Shown: positions 34,215-43,586, numbered from the stretch's first letter. The stretch: DNA of 59,654 nucleotides from Candidatus Moraniibacteriota bacterium (GCA_049303905.1 JBAQNP010000005.1:1-59654), one strand, 5' to 3'. The notes: generated by a model from the sequence alone, not told the origin. Program-made: numbers and translations.

Positions 34215-35219
34215 ATGAAAATATTAGTCACGGGCGGTGCAGGATTCATTGGTTCAAATTTCATTCACTATTGGATTGAAAAATATCCTAAGGACAAAAT
34301 TGTGAATTTGGACGCGTTGACTTATGCCGGCAATTTGGAAAATTTGAAATCGATTAAAAACAATCCGAATTATAAATTTGTCAAAGGGGATATCGGAGAT
34401 TTAGAGACGAATAAAAAAATATTAAAAGAAGAAGGGATAAATGTTATTGTAAACTTTGCTGCTGAATCACATAATGGTCGAGCCATGGTAGAGCCTGACA
34501 TTTTTGTAAAAACTAATGTACTGGGTACGCAAATGCTTCTAGAAGCAGCTAGGATAGTGGGAGTAGACAGATTTCATCATATTTCTACTTGCGAAGTCTT
34601 TGGCGACTTAGGGCTAGAAGAAGACAGATCATTCAAAGAAAGCGACCCTTATGCCCCTAAAACGCCCTACAATGCATCTAAAGCTTCAGCTAATCATGAA
34701 GTAATGGCTTATTATCATACGTTTAAATTGCCAATTACAATCAGCCATTGTGCTAATAATTATGGCCCTTATCAATTCCCGGAGAAAGTTATTCCTAGAT
34801 TTATTACAAATGCTCTTCAAAATCAAGAATTGCCATTATTTAAGAGCAGTCAAAATAAGCGTGAATGGCTTCATACTTCTGAACATGCTAGCGCAATTGA
34901 TTTAATAATTCATAAAGGCAAAATAGGAGAAGCTTATAATATTGGCAATGGCACAGAAAAAAGTGTCGAGGAAATAGCAGATGCTATTCTCTCCCGATTA
35001 GGCAAACCAAAAACATTAAAAACTTATGTGGAAGATCGTCCTGGTCATGACAGGCGATATCTTCTTGATACGACAAAAATTCAAAACGAACTCGGCTGGA
35101 AGCCAGAAATAGATTTTGAAAAAGGATTGGATGAAATTGTTGAGTGGTATATTAATAATGAAGAGTGGTGGCGTCCACTCTTAGGAAAAGGCTTTGTAGA
35201 AAATTATAAAAAATTATAA
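34215..35219 (+). CDS. rfbB: dTDP-glucose 4,6-dehydratase
   Basis: MKILVTGGAGFIGSNF, YAGNLENL, STCEVFGD and YNASKASANH (YxxxK) are present. Confidence 0.95.
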   Translation: MKILVTGGAGFIGSNFIHYWIEKYPKDKIVNLDALTYAGNLENLKSIKNNPNYKFVKGDIGDLETNKKILKEEGINVIVNFAAESHNGRAMVEPDIFVKTNVLGTQMLLEAARIVGVDRFHHISTCEVFGDLGLEEDRSFKESDPYAPKTPYNASKASANHEVMAYYHTFKLPITISHCANNYGPYQFPEKVIPRFITNALQNQELPLFKSSQNKREWLHTSEHASAIDLIIHKGKIGEAYNIGNGTEKSVEEIADAILSRLGKPKTLKTYVEDRPGHDRRYLLDTTKIQNELGWKPEIDFEKGLDEIVEWYINNEEWWRPLLGKGFVENYKKL

Positions 35220-35274
35220 AGATAGATAGAGCTGAATTTACTTCAAAAAAAGACTCCTTCTGGGGAGTCTTTTT

Positions 35275-36816
35275 TTATCCGCCTATTTCTACTCCAAAGA
35301 AAGTAGTTTTTTCGGGAAAGGTTATGGAAAATAGATTAGCAATGCTATTTTTTGTATCGATAAAATACATTTTTTCCAAAGCGCCATTATAGATAACAAA
35401 AGGATTTAGTGTTTCGGTATTGATAAAATCCATACAATTAGCATGATCCCGTGGATCAATTTCGATAATCTTTATCCATTTACCAGAATTGAAAATAACG
35501 TGTTCATAGTCCTTGAACCATTGAACATTTTTGATCGGCTCGCTATAACGAGTAATGTTTTGCATTTCATTTTCCTCACGAATTGGCTGAGAAAGTTGTT
35601 CGCGTAAGAAATAAACAGAAATTTCATTGTTTGACCAAAAAAGAATTTTCTTGCCATCATCAGAAAAATGGGCTTCTTCAATATTGTCGGCTAATTTTCT
35701 GAAATAATCTCCATAATCACCTTTGTTGAAAATATAGAAATCTTTGTTTTCCAAAATCAAAGCAATTCGCAAGTCATCATAAACTACCACGGAAGAAATT
35801 CTGCTATTTTCTCCATCAGGAAAATTGTTTGTAATTTGGGTTGGTTCATTTTTTCCGTCGAGACTATTTTTATATAACAGTCCTGAGTTTTGGGCATAAT
35901 AAACATAGGAGCCAGAAAGATCAAAACTAGAAACATCCGAAGCGATTTGAACGATATCTTGAGAATTCTTTATGTCCGCGCGAAAAAGAATATTATTTTC
36001 CAAGAAAAACAAGAAACCACTGTCTCTTGGATCCCATCTAACATTATGAATTTCTTTTTTGTTTAAAATTTCAGTTAAATTAAGGCTGTTTTTGTTGGCA
36101 AAATCATAAATAAAATAACTATATTCATATTCCTTGGGCGTTTCATTAGCTAGTTTCTTAGTTGTATTTTTAACGATAATATTTTTTTCTTTTTGCGGTA
36201 CGACTTCTATTAATTTTTTAACCGGAACAGACAAAAAAGAATTGTCAGGGGACCACTCGATATTTTCTTTTTTAGCCTCTTCGATAAATTGCCAACCAGA
36301 AAAACTAATTTCCTGATCGACTAAGTTTGTCGCTATATTGAAAATCTTCACCATTAAATCATTTTCTTTTTTTGTGATATAGGCCAAAAGATCATTTCTC
36401 GGCGAAGTGAAAAATTTTTGAATTTCTGGAGTATTAAGTTCGGTTTTTTCATAATTATTTCTGACAAGAAGCACGTTCCAAAATTCACTGGCTAGTCCAC
36501 TATGTATCTGAGTTTTTTTGCTCCAAGTTTGAAAATCTGGAGCTAAAACCTGAACCTCATATTCTCCCGGAACAATACCCGAAACATTAAAAGAATTATT
36601 TATCCGATTTAATTTCTTCGATTCAAAAAGCTCATTGTTTAGTTTTACATCAACGGTTTGCGGATTAGATTTGAAGGTAATGGTTCCACTATGGACAAAA
36701 ACACCTCGATCCTTATCGAAGCGATAACCTTTAGCATTGAGGATAATAACTGGTACTGTCAAAAGAAACAGTAGCACTAAAATCCAAAAAAACACTTTTC
36801 TTTTCCAACTTTCCAT
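35275..36816 (-). CDS. membrane-anchored PEGA-like plus beta-propeller (TolB/WD40-like) protein
   Basis: 513-aa ORF with an N-terminal TM, a PEGA-like block (VPGEYEVQVLAPDFQTWSKK) and repeated SPD../SDDGKK.. propeller-like blades. Confidence 0.65.
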   Translation of the reverse strand: MESWKRKVFFWILVLLFLLTVPVIILNAKGYRFDKDRGVFVHSGTITFKSNPQTVDVKLNNELFESKKLNRINNSFNVSGIVPGEYEVQVLAPDFQTWSKKTQIHSGLASEFWNVLLVRNNYEKTELNTPEIQKFFTSPRNDLLAYITKKENDLMVKIFNIATNLVDQEISFSGWQFIEEAKKENIEWSPDNSFLSVPVKKLIEVVPQKEKNIIVKNTTKKLANETPKEYEYSYFIYDFANKNSLNLTEILNKKEIHNVRWDPRDSGFLFFLENNILFRADIKNSQDIVQIASDVSSFDLSGSYVYYAQNSGLLYKNSLDGKNEPTQITNNFPDGENSRISSVVVYDDLRIALILENKDFYIFNKGDYGDYFRKLADNIEEAHFSDDGKKILFWSNNEISVYFLREQLSQPIREENEMQNITRYSEPIKNVQWFKDYEHVIFNSGKWIKIIEIDPRDHANCMDFINTETLNPFVIYNGALEKMYFIDTKNSIANLFSITFPEKTTFFGVEIGG

Positions 36817-36859
36817 ATTTAATATGCTACTATAGAAAGCGCATTTTGTCCAGAAACAG

Positions 36860-36888
36860 TTGACAAATTAGCGTCCGTGCGATATAGT
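36860..36888 (+). promoter_or_regulatory. sigma70-like promoter of rplU
   Basis: TTGACA (36860-65), a 17-nt spacer, then TATAGT (36883-88). Confidence 0.6.
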
Positions 36889-36904
36889 ATTTAGGTAGTA
36901 ATTT

Positions 36905-37004
36905 ACCCCACACCAAAGCCTTTCTCGGGTTAGGCAGGGTAAGTATTACAGAAAATTAAATGTAGATTTCCCAATACCAAAAATTATAAACTTTGGTGTG
37001 GGGT
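36905..37004 (+). promoter_or_regulatory. structured 5' leader of rplU (L21-leader-like long-range stem)
   Basis: accccacaccaaag (36905-18) pairs perfectly with ctttggtgtggggt (36991-37004), enclosing 72 nt. The 3' arm ends 30 nt before the rplU ATG. Confidence 0.45.
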
Positions 37005-37033
37005 TTACTTATAAACAACTCATAAAAACAGCT

Positions 37034-37342
37034 ATGTTGGCAATTATAAAAACTGGAGGAAAGCAGTATAAAGTTTCGCAGGGCGACAAAATTAAGGTAG
37101 AAAAATTAGAAGGTGAAGAGGGGAGCAAGATTGTTTTTTCTGAAGTCCTTTTTTTAGGCGATGAAAAAGACGTCAAAATTGGAACCCCAATTCTTACCGG
37201 CGTCACAGTCGAAGGCACAATTTTGAAAACTGCCAAAGGCAAAAAAGTGACTGGAATTAAATTTAAACCAAAGAAGAGATATAAAGTGAAATTCGGACAC
37301 CGACAAACAATGACAGAGGTGGAAATTACTAAGATTGGATAA
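37034..37342 (+). CDS. rplU: 50S ribosomal protein L21
   Basis: MLAIIKTGGKQYKVSQGDKIKVEKL... The start is moved from the track GTG at 36998, which lies inside the leader stem. Confidence 0.9.
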   Translation: MLAIIKTGGKQYKVSQGDKIKVEKLEGEEGSKIVFSEVLFLGDEKDVKIGTPILTGVTVEGTILKTAKGKKVTGIKFKPKKRYKVKFGHRQTMTEVEITKIG

Positions 37343-37345
37343 AGC

Positions 37346-37371
37346 AAAAACAGGCGAAAGCCTGTTTTTTT
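37346..37371 (+). terminator. intrinsic terminator (GAAA tetraloop)
   Basis: aaaaacaggcgaaagcctgttttttt. Confidence 0.75.
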
Positions 37372-37378
37372 AAAGTCT

Positions 37379-37493
37379 GGAAATTAGTTGTTAGAAATTA
37401 GAAAATAACTCAGGCAATTTGAAATTGGAAAATTGAATATAAAAAAACTTTTTTCTGCTTTCTATTTTCTTGAACTAATTTCTAATTTTCTTC
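37379..37493. repeat. AT-rich imperfect palindrome, family E, copy 1
   Basis: ggaaattagttgttagaaattagaaaat...ttttctgctttctattttcttgaactaatttctaattttc lies between convergent rplU and recR. It is related to 46627 and 47488. Confidence 0.7.
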
Positions 37494-37498
37494 TTTAC

Positions 37499-38086
37499 TT
37501 ATTTCCTATTTATTATCGCGCTTCCCAGCGTTAACTCGTCGGCGTACTCAATATCAGATCCGGTAGAAAGTCCGCGAGCAAGCCTAGTGACGTTGGCAGG
37601 AGTTTCTTTTAGCATTCTGGCGATATAGAGTGCCGTAGCGTCGCCTTCGGTAGTTGGATTCATTGCTAGAATTATTTCTTGAGTTTTTTCGTTTGCCACT
37701 CTTTTTTCCAATTCATTTAATTTCAATTGACTTGGGTCATCGTTTTTTGAGATGCCCAGCGTTCCACCCAAAACATGATAGAGTCCGTCATATTTTTTCG
37801 TTCGCTCAATGGCAATTATATCAAGTGGTTCTTCCACAACACAAATCTTATGTTTATTTCGAGAATTATCTTTGCATATATCACATAAATTTTCCTCGCT
37901 GATATTGAAACACTTTTCACAATGACGCAGATTAACTTTCAAATTAGAAAGAGAATTTCCAAATTCAACTAGCATCTCTTTGTCTTGTTTGAAGAGATAT
38001 AAAACCAGCCTTTCAGCCATTTTTGGTCCGACAGAGGGGAGTGAGGAAAAATAGTCGATTAGTTTTTTGAAAGATTTTGGATACAT
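37499..38086 (-). CDS. recR: recombination protein RecR
   Basis: Has an HhH N-terminus (LPSVGPKMAERL), a C4 zinc finger (CEKCFNISEENLCDIC) and a Toprim domain (ICVVEEPLDIIAIE). Confidence 0.95.
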   Translation of the reverse strand: MYPKSFKKLIDYFSSLPSVGPKMAERLVLYLFKQDKEMLVEFGNSLSNLKVNLRHCEKCFNISEENLCDICKDNSRNKHKICVVEEPLDIIAIERTKKYDGLYHVLGGTLGISKNDDPSQLKLNELEKRVANEKTQEIILAMNPTTEGDATALYIARMLKETPANVTRLARGLSTGSDIEYADELTLGSAIINRK

Positions 38087-38090
38087 AATA

Positions 38091-38176
38091 AAAAGTTAAA
38101 AGTCGAAAGCTAAAAGTCTATAAAGCTAGAAAATAATTTACTTTTGACTTTATGGACTTTATAGACTTTACAGACT
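38091..38176. repeat. low-complexity palindrome family F, copy 2
   Basis: aaaagttaaaagtcgaaagctaaaagtctataaagc ... cttttgactttatggactttatagactttacagact lies between recR and dnaB. Confidence 0.7.
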
Positions 38177-38178
38177 CA

Positions 38179-39546
38179 CTATTCCGTGTGTACTCTCTCT
38201 AATGATTTAAATGTGGTGGAGTTTTCTTGGAAGTACAAGGAGAATCTACCAACCGGACCATTTCTGTGCTTAGCAATATGCACTTCAACGATATTTTTGT
38301 TTGGCGTATCAGGTTTTTCACGGTCTTCTCGATAGAGGAACATCACAACATCAGCGTCCTGCTCGATCGATCCAGATTCTCGAAGGTCAGATAGTTTTGG
38401 AATTTGCGGACTGCGAGATTCCACTGCACGCGACAACTGAGAAAGAGCAATGACTGGAATATTGAGTTCACGCGCCAATTGTTTCAAAGCGCGAGAAATT
38501 TCGGAAATTTCATTGACGCGATTATCTCCACCACCATTTCGGCCTTCCATAAGTTGCAAATAGTCGATAATGATTAGTCCCACATTATGTTCTGATTGCA
38601 AGCGACGCGCCATGGTACGCATTTCCATCACATTAGCTGAACCAGCGTCATCAATGTAGATTGGCGCTTCAGAAAGTGTTCCCATTGCTTCACCAATGCG
38701 TTGAAAGTCATCATCTCCTTCGCCGGTTTTGAGCCGTCCCGTGCGAAGTCGCCACAAATCCACTCCCGACTGAGCCGAGAGCATCCTATCAATCAATTGG
38801 TCGGCGCCCATTTCCAGCGAAAAAATACCCACAGGCACTTTTTCCTTAACGGCAATTTGACGAGCCAAATCCAAGGCTAAGGTTGTTTTTCCAATAGAAG
38901 GCCGGGCAGCTAAAATTACTAAATCTGATTTTTGAAAACCAGCCAAAATATTGTCCATATCAGGATAGCCCGTTGGAACGCCACGCAATTTATGATCACC
39001 CTTATGAAGCTCATCAATTCGATTGAAAGCCGCTTCCAAAATTGATTTAATTGGCACGAAATCTTGCTTGATATATTTTTGTGAAACTCCAAAAAGTTTT
39101 TGTTCAGCACTGTCGAGAATTTTTTCCACGTCTTCATCTTCACGATATCCAAGCTCCACAATTTCACTAGCTGTGATAATTAGTTTTCGCAAGGTGGATT
39201 TTTTCTGTACTACCTTGGCATAATGAGCAATATTTGAACTAGACGGCACGGAATTTACAAGCTCAGTTAGATAGCTGGAACCTCCAATCTTATCCAGTTG
39301 TTTTTTTTCTTCCAAACGATTAGACAAACTCAAAACATCAATCGGCTCGCGTTGTTCATAAAGCTCCATCATCGCTTCATAGATGATATTGTGGTCATCC
39401 CGATAAAAATCACCCAGTCGTACTAGATTGGCAATCTTAATAACCGCATCCTTATCCAGCATTAAAGCCCCCAAAACTGACCTTTCAGCCTCAATGTTTT
39501 GCGGTGGAATTTTTAAGTCGTTATTCGATTGAGTATTTTTTGCCAT
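38179..39546 (-). CDS. dnaB: replicative DNA helicase DnaB
   Basis: PPQNIEAERSVLGALML, Walker A AARPSIGKTT, IIIDYLQLM and SQLSRAVE are present. Confidence 0.95.
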   Translation of the reverse strand: MAKNTQSNNDLKIPPQNIEAERSVLGALMLDKDAVIKIANLVRLGDFYRDDHNIIYEAMMELYEQREPIDVLSLSNRLEEKKQLDKIGGSSYLTELVNSVPSSSNIAHYAKVVQKKSTLRKLIITASEIVELGYREDEDVEKILDSAEQKLFGVSQKYIKQDFVPIKSILEAAFNRIDELHKGDHKLRGVPTGYPDMDNILAGFQKSDLVILAARPSIGKTTLALDLARQIAVKEKVPVGIFSLEMGADQLIDRMLSAQSGVDLWRLRTGRLKTGEGDDDFQRIGEAMGTLSEAPIYIDDAGSANVMEMRTMARRLQSEHNVGLIIIDYLQLMEGRNGGGDNRVNEISEISRALKQLARELNIPVIALSQLSRAVESRSPQIPKLSDLRESGSIEQDADVVMFLYREDREKPDTPNKNIVEVHIAKHRNGPVGRFSLYFQENSTTFKSLERVHTE

Positions 39547-39709
39547 ATTAGTCTATACATTATACCAGCTTCATATAAAAAAGCTATGTTGACTACCTGT
39601 GGATTATATGATATCTTAATACATCAGTAAAATTGATGTTTTTTAATAAAAAATAGTTAATTTTAATAGAAATTGATTATTAATATCTTAATTTATCAGG
39701 AGGTGTTGA

Positions 39710-39883
39710 ATGAAAAGTAAGAATGATGGCATGTTGTTCTTTGTTATTATAATAATAATCTTTCTGGCAATGGATGATGATGAAACAATAACATCAAAAC
39801 AAGCCCAGCCTCAAAAAATACCAACCGAGGCTACCTCAGTAGAGGCCTTACCAAAAATTAAAAATGGCATAACTGTAGATTAG
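39710..39883 (+). CDS. possible small membrane protein (57 aa) whose stop codon overlaps the IS terminus
   Basis: Below the ORF-track cutoff. A strong SD (aggaggtg) lies 5 nt before the ATG. The sequence is MKSKNDGMLFFVIIIIIFLAMDDDE... The TAG at 39881-83 overlaps the IS inverted repeat. Confidence 0.35.
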   Translation: MKSKNDGMLFFVIIIIIFLAMDDDETITSKQAQPQKIPTEATSVEALPKIKNGITVD

Positions 39884-40927
39884 ACCTGTTGCTTAATAAC
39901 AATGCTTTCGCATGGAATCATCCTAATGATTCTGGAATGATCAGCTCGTAGAATCGAGATGGTAATTCCAGAGTCCGCAGGAGATTAGCATAGCTGTGTC
40001 GTCAAAATCTTTTTTCTTGTTGCGATATACATCTGAAACGATTCGAAGTCTTTTGACACCGGCTAAAGCATTTTCAACTAAGACTCGCACTGATGATTTT
40101 TTCTTGTTTTGTTCTTTGATAAATGGAGTTAATTCTTTGGTTCGCGGTTTTCTTTTTGGCATAGAGATAATATGTCCGGGAAATTGTTTGTCTATTCCCT
40201 TGAATCCCAAGTCAAGATGTTTCTTAACATGCTTTGGCATAAGATTGGGAGGGGCTTCTGCTTTAAGAATAGTGAAATCATGTTCTTTGCCCTCTGTGGT
40301 ATTACTGAGAAAATTCACTCGTTTCTTTCTGGTGGAGATGATAATATTTTTTCTGGTATGTCGTTTCTTTTTGCCGGAATAGTTATCTTTCTGTTTAGAC
40401 TTATCTTTGGGCCTTTGAATCGGTCTCTCAGTTCCATCAATGAAAACTTCTCTGGCTCCGGGAAAGGCTTGAAAAAATTCTTCCAAGGTTTTCATTTTTC
40501 TGACTGGCAAAGCTAACTTTCTGTTTAATGTTTTTTCTAACACTTTACTTAGTTGAAATTGTCTTCGGCAAGCATTGGAACGATTGCAATCAAAGATTAA
40601 ACTGGCTAAATCATAGGTGGGATAACATTTATAGTAAAACAGGATGAAAAACAGTTTTTCCGCAGTAGTTTTTAGAAATCCGATTCTGCCTCCGCCAAAT
40701 TCTCTTTCTTTGGAACCCTTATTATGTTGTTTCTGTTTTTCTTCAAGATACTCTTGGAAAAAAACAGGGATAAGATTTTGAAATTCCTGCGGAGTTACAC
40801 CTGTAATAGCCAGCATTAAGCGTTTGTTAGCTAATGCTCGTTCGATGTTGAACATATTATTTGGTTGTATTTTTATTTTTTAACTCTGTCTAAATTTTAA
40901 CATTGTTGTTTAAAAAGCAACAGGTCT
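39882..40927 (-). mobile_element. insertion sequence, Harbinger/IS5-like (DDE_Tnp_4-type transposase)
   Basis: The terminal inverted repeat agacctgttgctt (39882-94) matches aagcaacaggtct (40915-27). A possible 3-bp duplication ATT lies at 39879-81 and 40928-30. Confidence 0.8.
39941..40855 (-). CDS. DDE transposase (DDE_Tnp_4/Harbinger-like)
   Basis: 304-aa ORF with ..VFIDGTERPIQRPKD..QKDNYSGKKKRHTRKN.., ..HLDLGFKGI.. and ..RVLVENALAGVKRLRIV.., the typical pattern. Confidence 0.8.
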   Translation of the reverse strand: MFNIERALANKRLMLAITGVTPQEFQNLIPVFFQEYLEEKQKQHNKGSKEREFGGGRIGFLKTTAEKLFFILFYYKCYPTYDLASLIFDCNRSNACRRQFQLSKVLEKTLNRKLALPVRKMKTLEEFFQAFPGAREVFIDGTERPIQRPKDKSKQKDNYSGKKKRHTRKNIIISTRKKRVNFLSNTTEGKEHDFTILKAEAPPNLMPKHVKKHLDLGFKGIDKQFPGHIISMPKRKPRTKELTPFIKEQNKKKSSVRVLVENALAGVKRLRIVSDVYRNKKKDFDDTAMLISCGLWNYHLDSTS

Positions 40928-41134
40928 ATTATTTAACTTTTCATTTTCACTGTCCACCGCACTTTGAATATCTTGCGCCGCTTTCTTGTTTAGATCAACC
41001 ATCCCTGGGACATACCCGACAGGGTCACTAATTGGATTTGGGATTGTGTCTTTTGACTTTTCTTCTTTTTGAGAACAAGCAGATAAAGTTGTGATTAAAA
41101 ATATACTCACTAATAATACCAATGTTTTTTTCAT
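40910..41134 (-). CDS. small lipoprotein whose last 5 codons and stop are encoded by the IS terminus
   Basis: Has the lipobox LSAC after MKKTLVLLVSIFLITT. The C-terminal RPVAF-stop is read from the IS inverted repeat. Confidence 0.6.
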   Translation of the reverse strand: MKKTLVLLVSIFLITTLSACSQKEEKSKDTIPNPISDPVGYVPGMVDLNKKAAQDIQSAVDSENEKLNNRPVAF

Positions 41135-41255
41135 AGTTTTTTATATTTATACAATTTAAATTTTAAAGGCTAAATTTTAAATTTAAAATGAAATCTTAAT
41201 GATTAAATTTTTAATTTGTCATTTGGTAATTTAAAATTGATTTAGCATTTTAAAT

Positions 41256-41738
41256 TTAGACTTTAGATTTAAAAATAATCTTTCTTTCTTTTTCTCCTAA
41301 CCAAAAAAATTCTATCCAAATCGCATTAGATGGAATTATATTCTTTATCCTACTTGCCCATTCTATTATAACAATATTTTTAGGATTGGCTATAATTTCT
41401 TCCCAGCCTAGATTTAAAATGTCCTGTGCCTCCACTCTATATGCATCAAAATGATAAACGTCATGAAACATGAAACATGAAACATGAAACATTTTTTCTT
41501 TTTTTGTTTCATGTTTCATGTTACATGCTATATGATACTGTTTCATTATGAGAAAAGTCGGGCTTGTGTATGGTCCTTTAACTTTCAATCCCTTCAAAAG
41601 ACCTTGAGTAAAAGTAGTTTTCCCCGCGCCTAATTCGCCATCCAGACAAAGAATTTCTCCACCTTTCAATTCCCGTACCAAAAGCTCGCCTAGTTTTTGC
41701 GTTTGTTTGGAATTGATTGTAATGAAAGTTTTTTCCAT
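41256..41738 (-). CDS. tsaE: tRNA t6A biosynthesis protein TsaE carrying an in-frame repeat insert
   Basis: LDGELGAGKTTFTQGL (P-loop), SPTFLIM and VYHFDAYRV are present. A ~22-aa insert ACNMKHETKKEKMFHVSCFMFH lies between them. Confidence 0.85.
   Translation of the reverse strand: MEKTFITINSKQTQKLGELLVRELKGGEILCLDGELGAGKTTFTQGLLKGLKVKGPYTSPTFLIMKQYHIACNMKHETKKEKMFHVSCFMFHDVYHFDAYRVEAQDILNLGWEEIIANPKNIVIIEWASRIKNIIPSNAIWIEFFWLGEKERKIIFKSKV
41462..41527. repeat. CATGAAA palindrome family G, copy 1 (inside tsaE, in frame)
   Basis: catgaaacatgaaacatgaaacatgaaacattttttctttttttgtttcatgtttcatgttacatg. Confidence 0.85.
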
Positions 41739-41830
41739 AATTTTATTCTAACTGGATTTTAGGAAAATTAAAAGCGGTCAATGTTAAAAAACACATCGAC
41801 CGCGACTAGCCAGAAAGTTTATCGGCTAGT

Positions 41831-42115
41831 TTATTTTTCAGAAATTGGACCGTGCAACTCCCAGTAACGCATAAGATTACATTCCGGTTGGGATTTACAC
41901 ACCATCGGAAAAGGAATCTCATTAAATAAATCTGGGTGCTCATTAATGGCTCTTTTTGTTAACCAGTAAAATTGATCAGGAATTAACATCTCTTCATCAA
42001 TTTCAGTGATTAGTTCTCCATTATTAGTGAAGATAAACTGATTATTTTTTACAACCAGATTTTCTTCTTCTGCCAGTTTACGAAAAACCTCCTTGTCCAA
42101 ACAAGCAATAAGCAT
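41831..42115 (-). CDS. hypothetical protein
   Basis: 94-aa ORF with no motif recognised. Confidence 0.5.
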   Translation of the reverse strand: MLIACLDKEVFRKLAEEENLVVKNNQFIFTNNGELITEIDEEMLIPDQFYWLTKRAINEHPDLFNEIPFPMVCKSQPECNLMRYWELHGPISEK

Positions 42116-42258
42116 GGCGTACTCCTTTTTAGAGCTAAAGAGTTAAAAACAAAGAACTATACATATCAAGAAAATACTCCAAAAACTCCTTTTTTGTCAA
42201 ACATTGACAATATATTTCCCAGATGCTACCTTATTTAACTAACTTAAAATCATTTTCT

Positions 42259-43392
42259 ATGTCCCTAAATCCTCAAGAACAATTCAAAAAAATTCTGGAG
42301 AATTCCAAAGAAATTTTGATTCTTATCCCAGAAAATCCTTCGGCTGACGCTGTAGGCTCGGCTTGGGGTCTTTACTATTTTTTGGAAAAATTAAACATCC
42401 TTCCAACTATCGCTTTTTCTAATCATTTATCAGAAAAGTTCAATTTTTTGCCGAGACCCGAAAATATTCTCTCGGAAATTTCCGGTGCACGAGATCTTGT
42501 TCTTTCTTTTAATACAGCAGAAAACAAAATAATGAAGGTTAGCCATGAAGAAAAAGGCGATGTTTTCAATATCCTAGTCACTCCAGAGAAGGGCTCCGTT
42601 AATCCAAAAGATTTTTCTTTTATTCTTGCTAAATTCAAATATGACATTGTGATTGTAATTGATTGTTCTGACTTGGAAAAATTAGGCAAGCTTTATCTAG
42701 AAAACACCGATTTATTTTTTGAAGTACCGGTTATAAATATCGATCATAAAAGCGACAATGATAATTTCGGACAAATTAATTTGACTGACATTACCGCATC
42801 CTCTTCCTGTGAAATTCTAGCTCGAACTTTTGAAGAAATATTTCCTGGGTTAGTGGACAAAAAAATCGCCACTTGTCTTTTGGCTGGGCTTATTGGGGCA
42901 ACTGACAGTTTTCAGAAAAAAAATACCACCCCAAAAGCGCTTCTTGCCAGTGCCTCTCTTATGGATAAGGGCGCTGATCAACAAGAAATTATTCGTTGGA
43001 TGTATAAAACTCAGCCATTACATATCTTGAAGTTATGGGGGCGAGCAATGGCAAAAATAAATTGGGATGAAGCCAGCAAATTAGTTTGGTCAACTTTAAG
43101 CGTTGAAGATTTTGTGCAAAGCCGTTCCGCGAGCGAAGACTTACCTCTAATTATCTCAAAACTTGAAGAAAATTATAGCGAAGGACGAATTTTTATGGCT
43201 GTTTATAATGATACACCGCAAAGTTCTGTTGCAATTATAAAAATTTCTACTCCAGAAACAACCACAAAAATACTCTCTGAAATTTCGGGAAACTTCCAAT
43301 ATGGATTCTTGGAGATTAAAATTGAAAATTCAAATATTATAGAAGTCGGCCAACTTATCGCTGAAAAAATAAAAAGTCTACTTGCAAAATAA
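42259..43392 (+). CDS. DHH/DHHA1 phosphoesterase (NrnA-like) with degenerate motifs
   Basis: The start is chosen at MSLNPQEQFKKIL. It has SADAVGSAWGL (cf. DGDALGS), IVIDCSD, NIDHKSDN (DHK in place of DHH) and GLIGATDSF. Confidence 0.65.
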   Translation: MSLNPQEQFKKILENSKEILILIPENPSADAVGSAWGLYYFLEKLNILPTIAFSNHLSEKFNFLPRPENILSEISGARDLVLSFNTAENKIMKVSHEEKGDVFNILVTPEKGSVNPKDFSFILAKFKYDIVIVIDCSDLEKLGKLYLENTDLFFEVPVINIDHKSDNDNFGQINLTDITASSSCEILARTFEEIFPGLVDKKIATCLLAGLIGATDSFQKKNTTPKALLASASLMDKGADQQEIIRWMYKTQPLHILKLWGRAMAKINWDEASKLVWSTLSVEDFVQSRSASEDLPLIISKLEENYSEGRIFMAVYNDTPQSSVAIIKISTPETTTKILSEISGNFQYGFLEIKIENSNIIEVGQLIAEKIKSLLAK

Positions 43393-43413
43393 TCCGACTT
43401 TAAAAAAACTTAA

Positions 43414-43439
43414 CTCCGCCATATTTTGGCGGTTTTTTT
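43414..43439 (+). terminator. intrinsic terminator
   Basis: ctccgccatattttggcggttttttt. Confidence 0.75.
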
Positions 43440-43487
43440 ATTTGTTATTTTTATGTTAAAATACTATCAATAAAACTATTATAAATT

Positions 43488-43586
43488 GTGTCATGCTGAA
43501 TTTATTTCAGCATCTCTAAATATCTCAATCTAAATAAGATCCTGAAACCCGCCTGCCGGCGAGGCACGGTAAATTCAGGATGACAC
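43488..43586. repeat. MITE-like repeat family C, copy 3 (longer variant)
   Basis: gtgtcatgctgaatttatttcagcatc...gatcctgaaacccgcctgccggcgaggcacggtaaattcaggatgacac. Its terminal ATG is the track start at 43580. Confidence 0.8.

Noticed and set aside
36998-37033. A GTG start for rplU at 36998.
   Set aside because: It lies in the 3' arm of the 14-bp leader stem. L21 orthologues start with M(Y/L)AII.., which matches the ATG at 37034.
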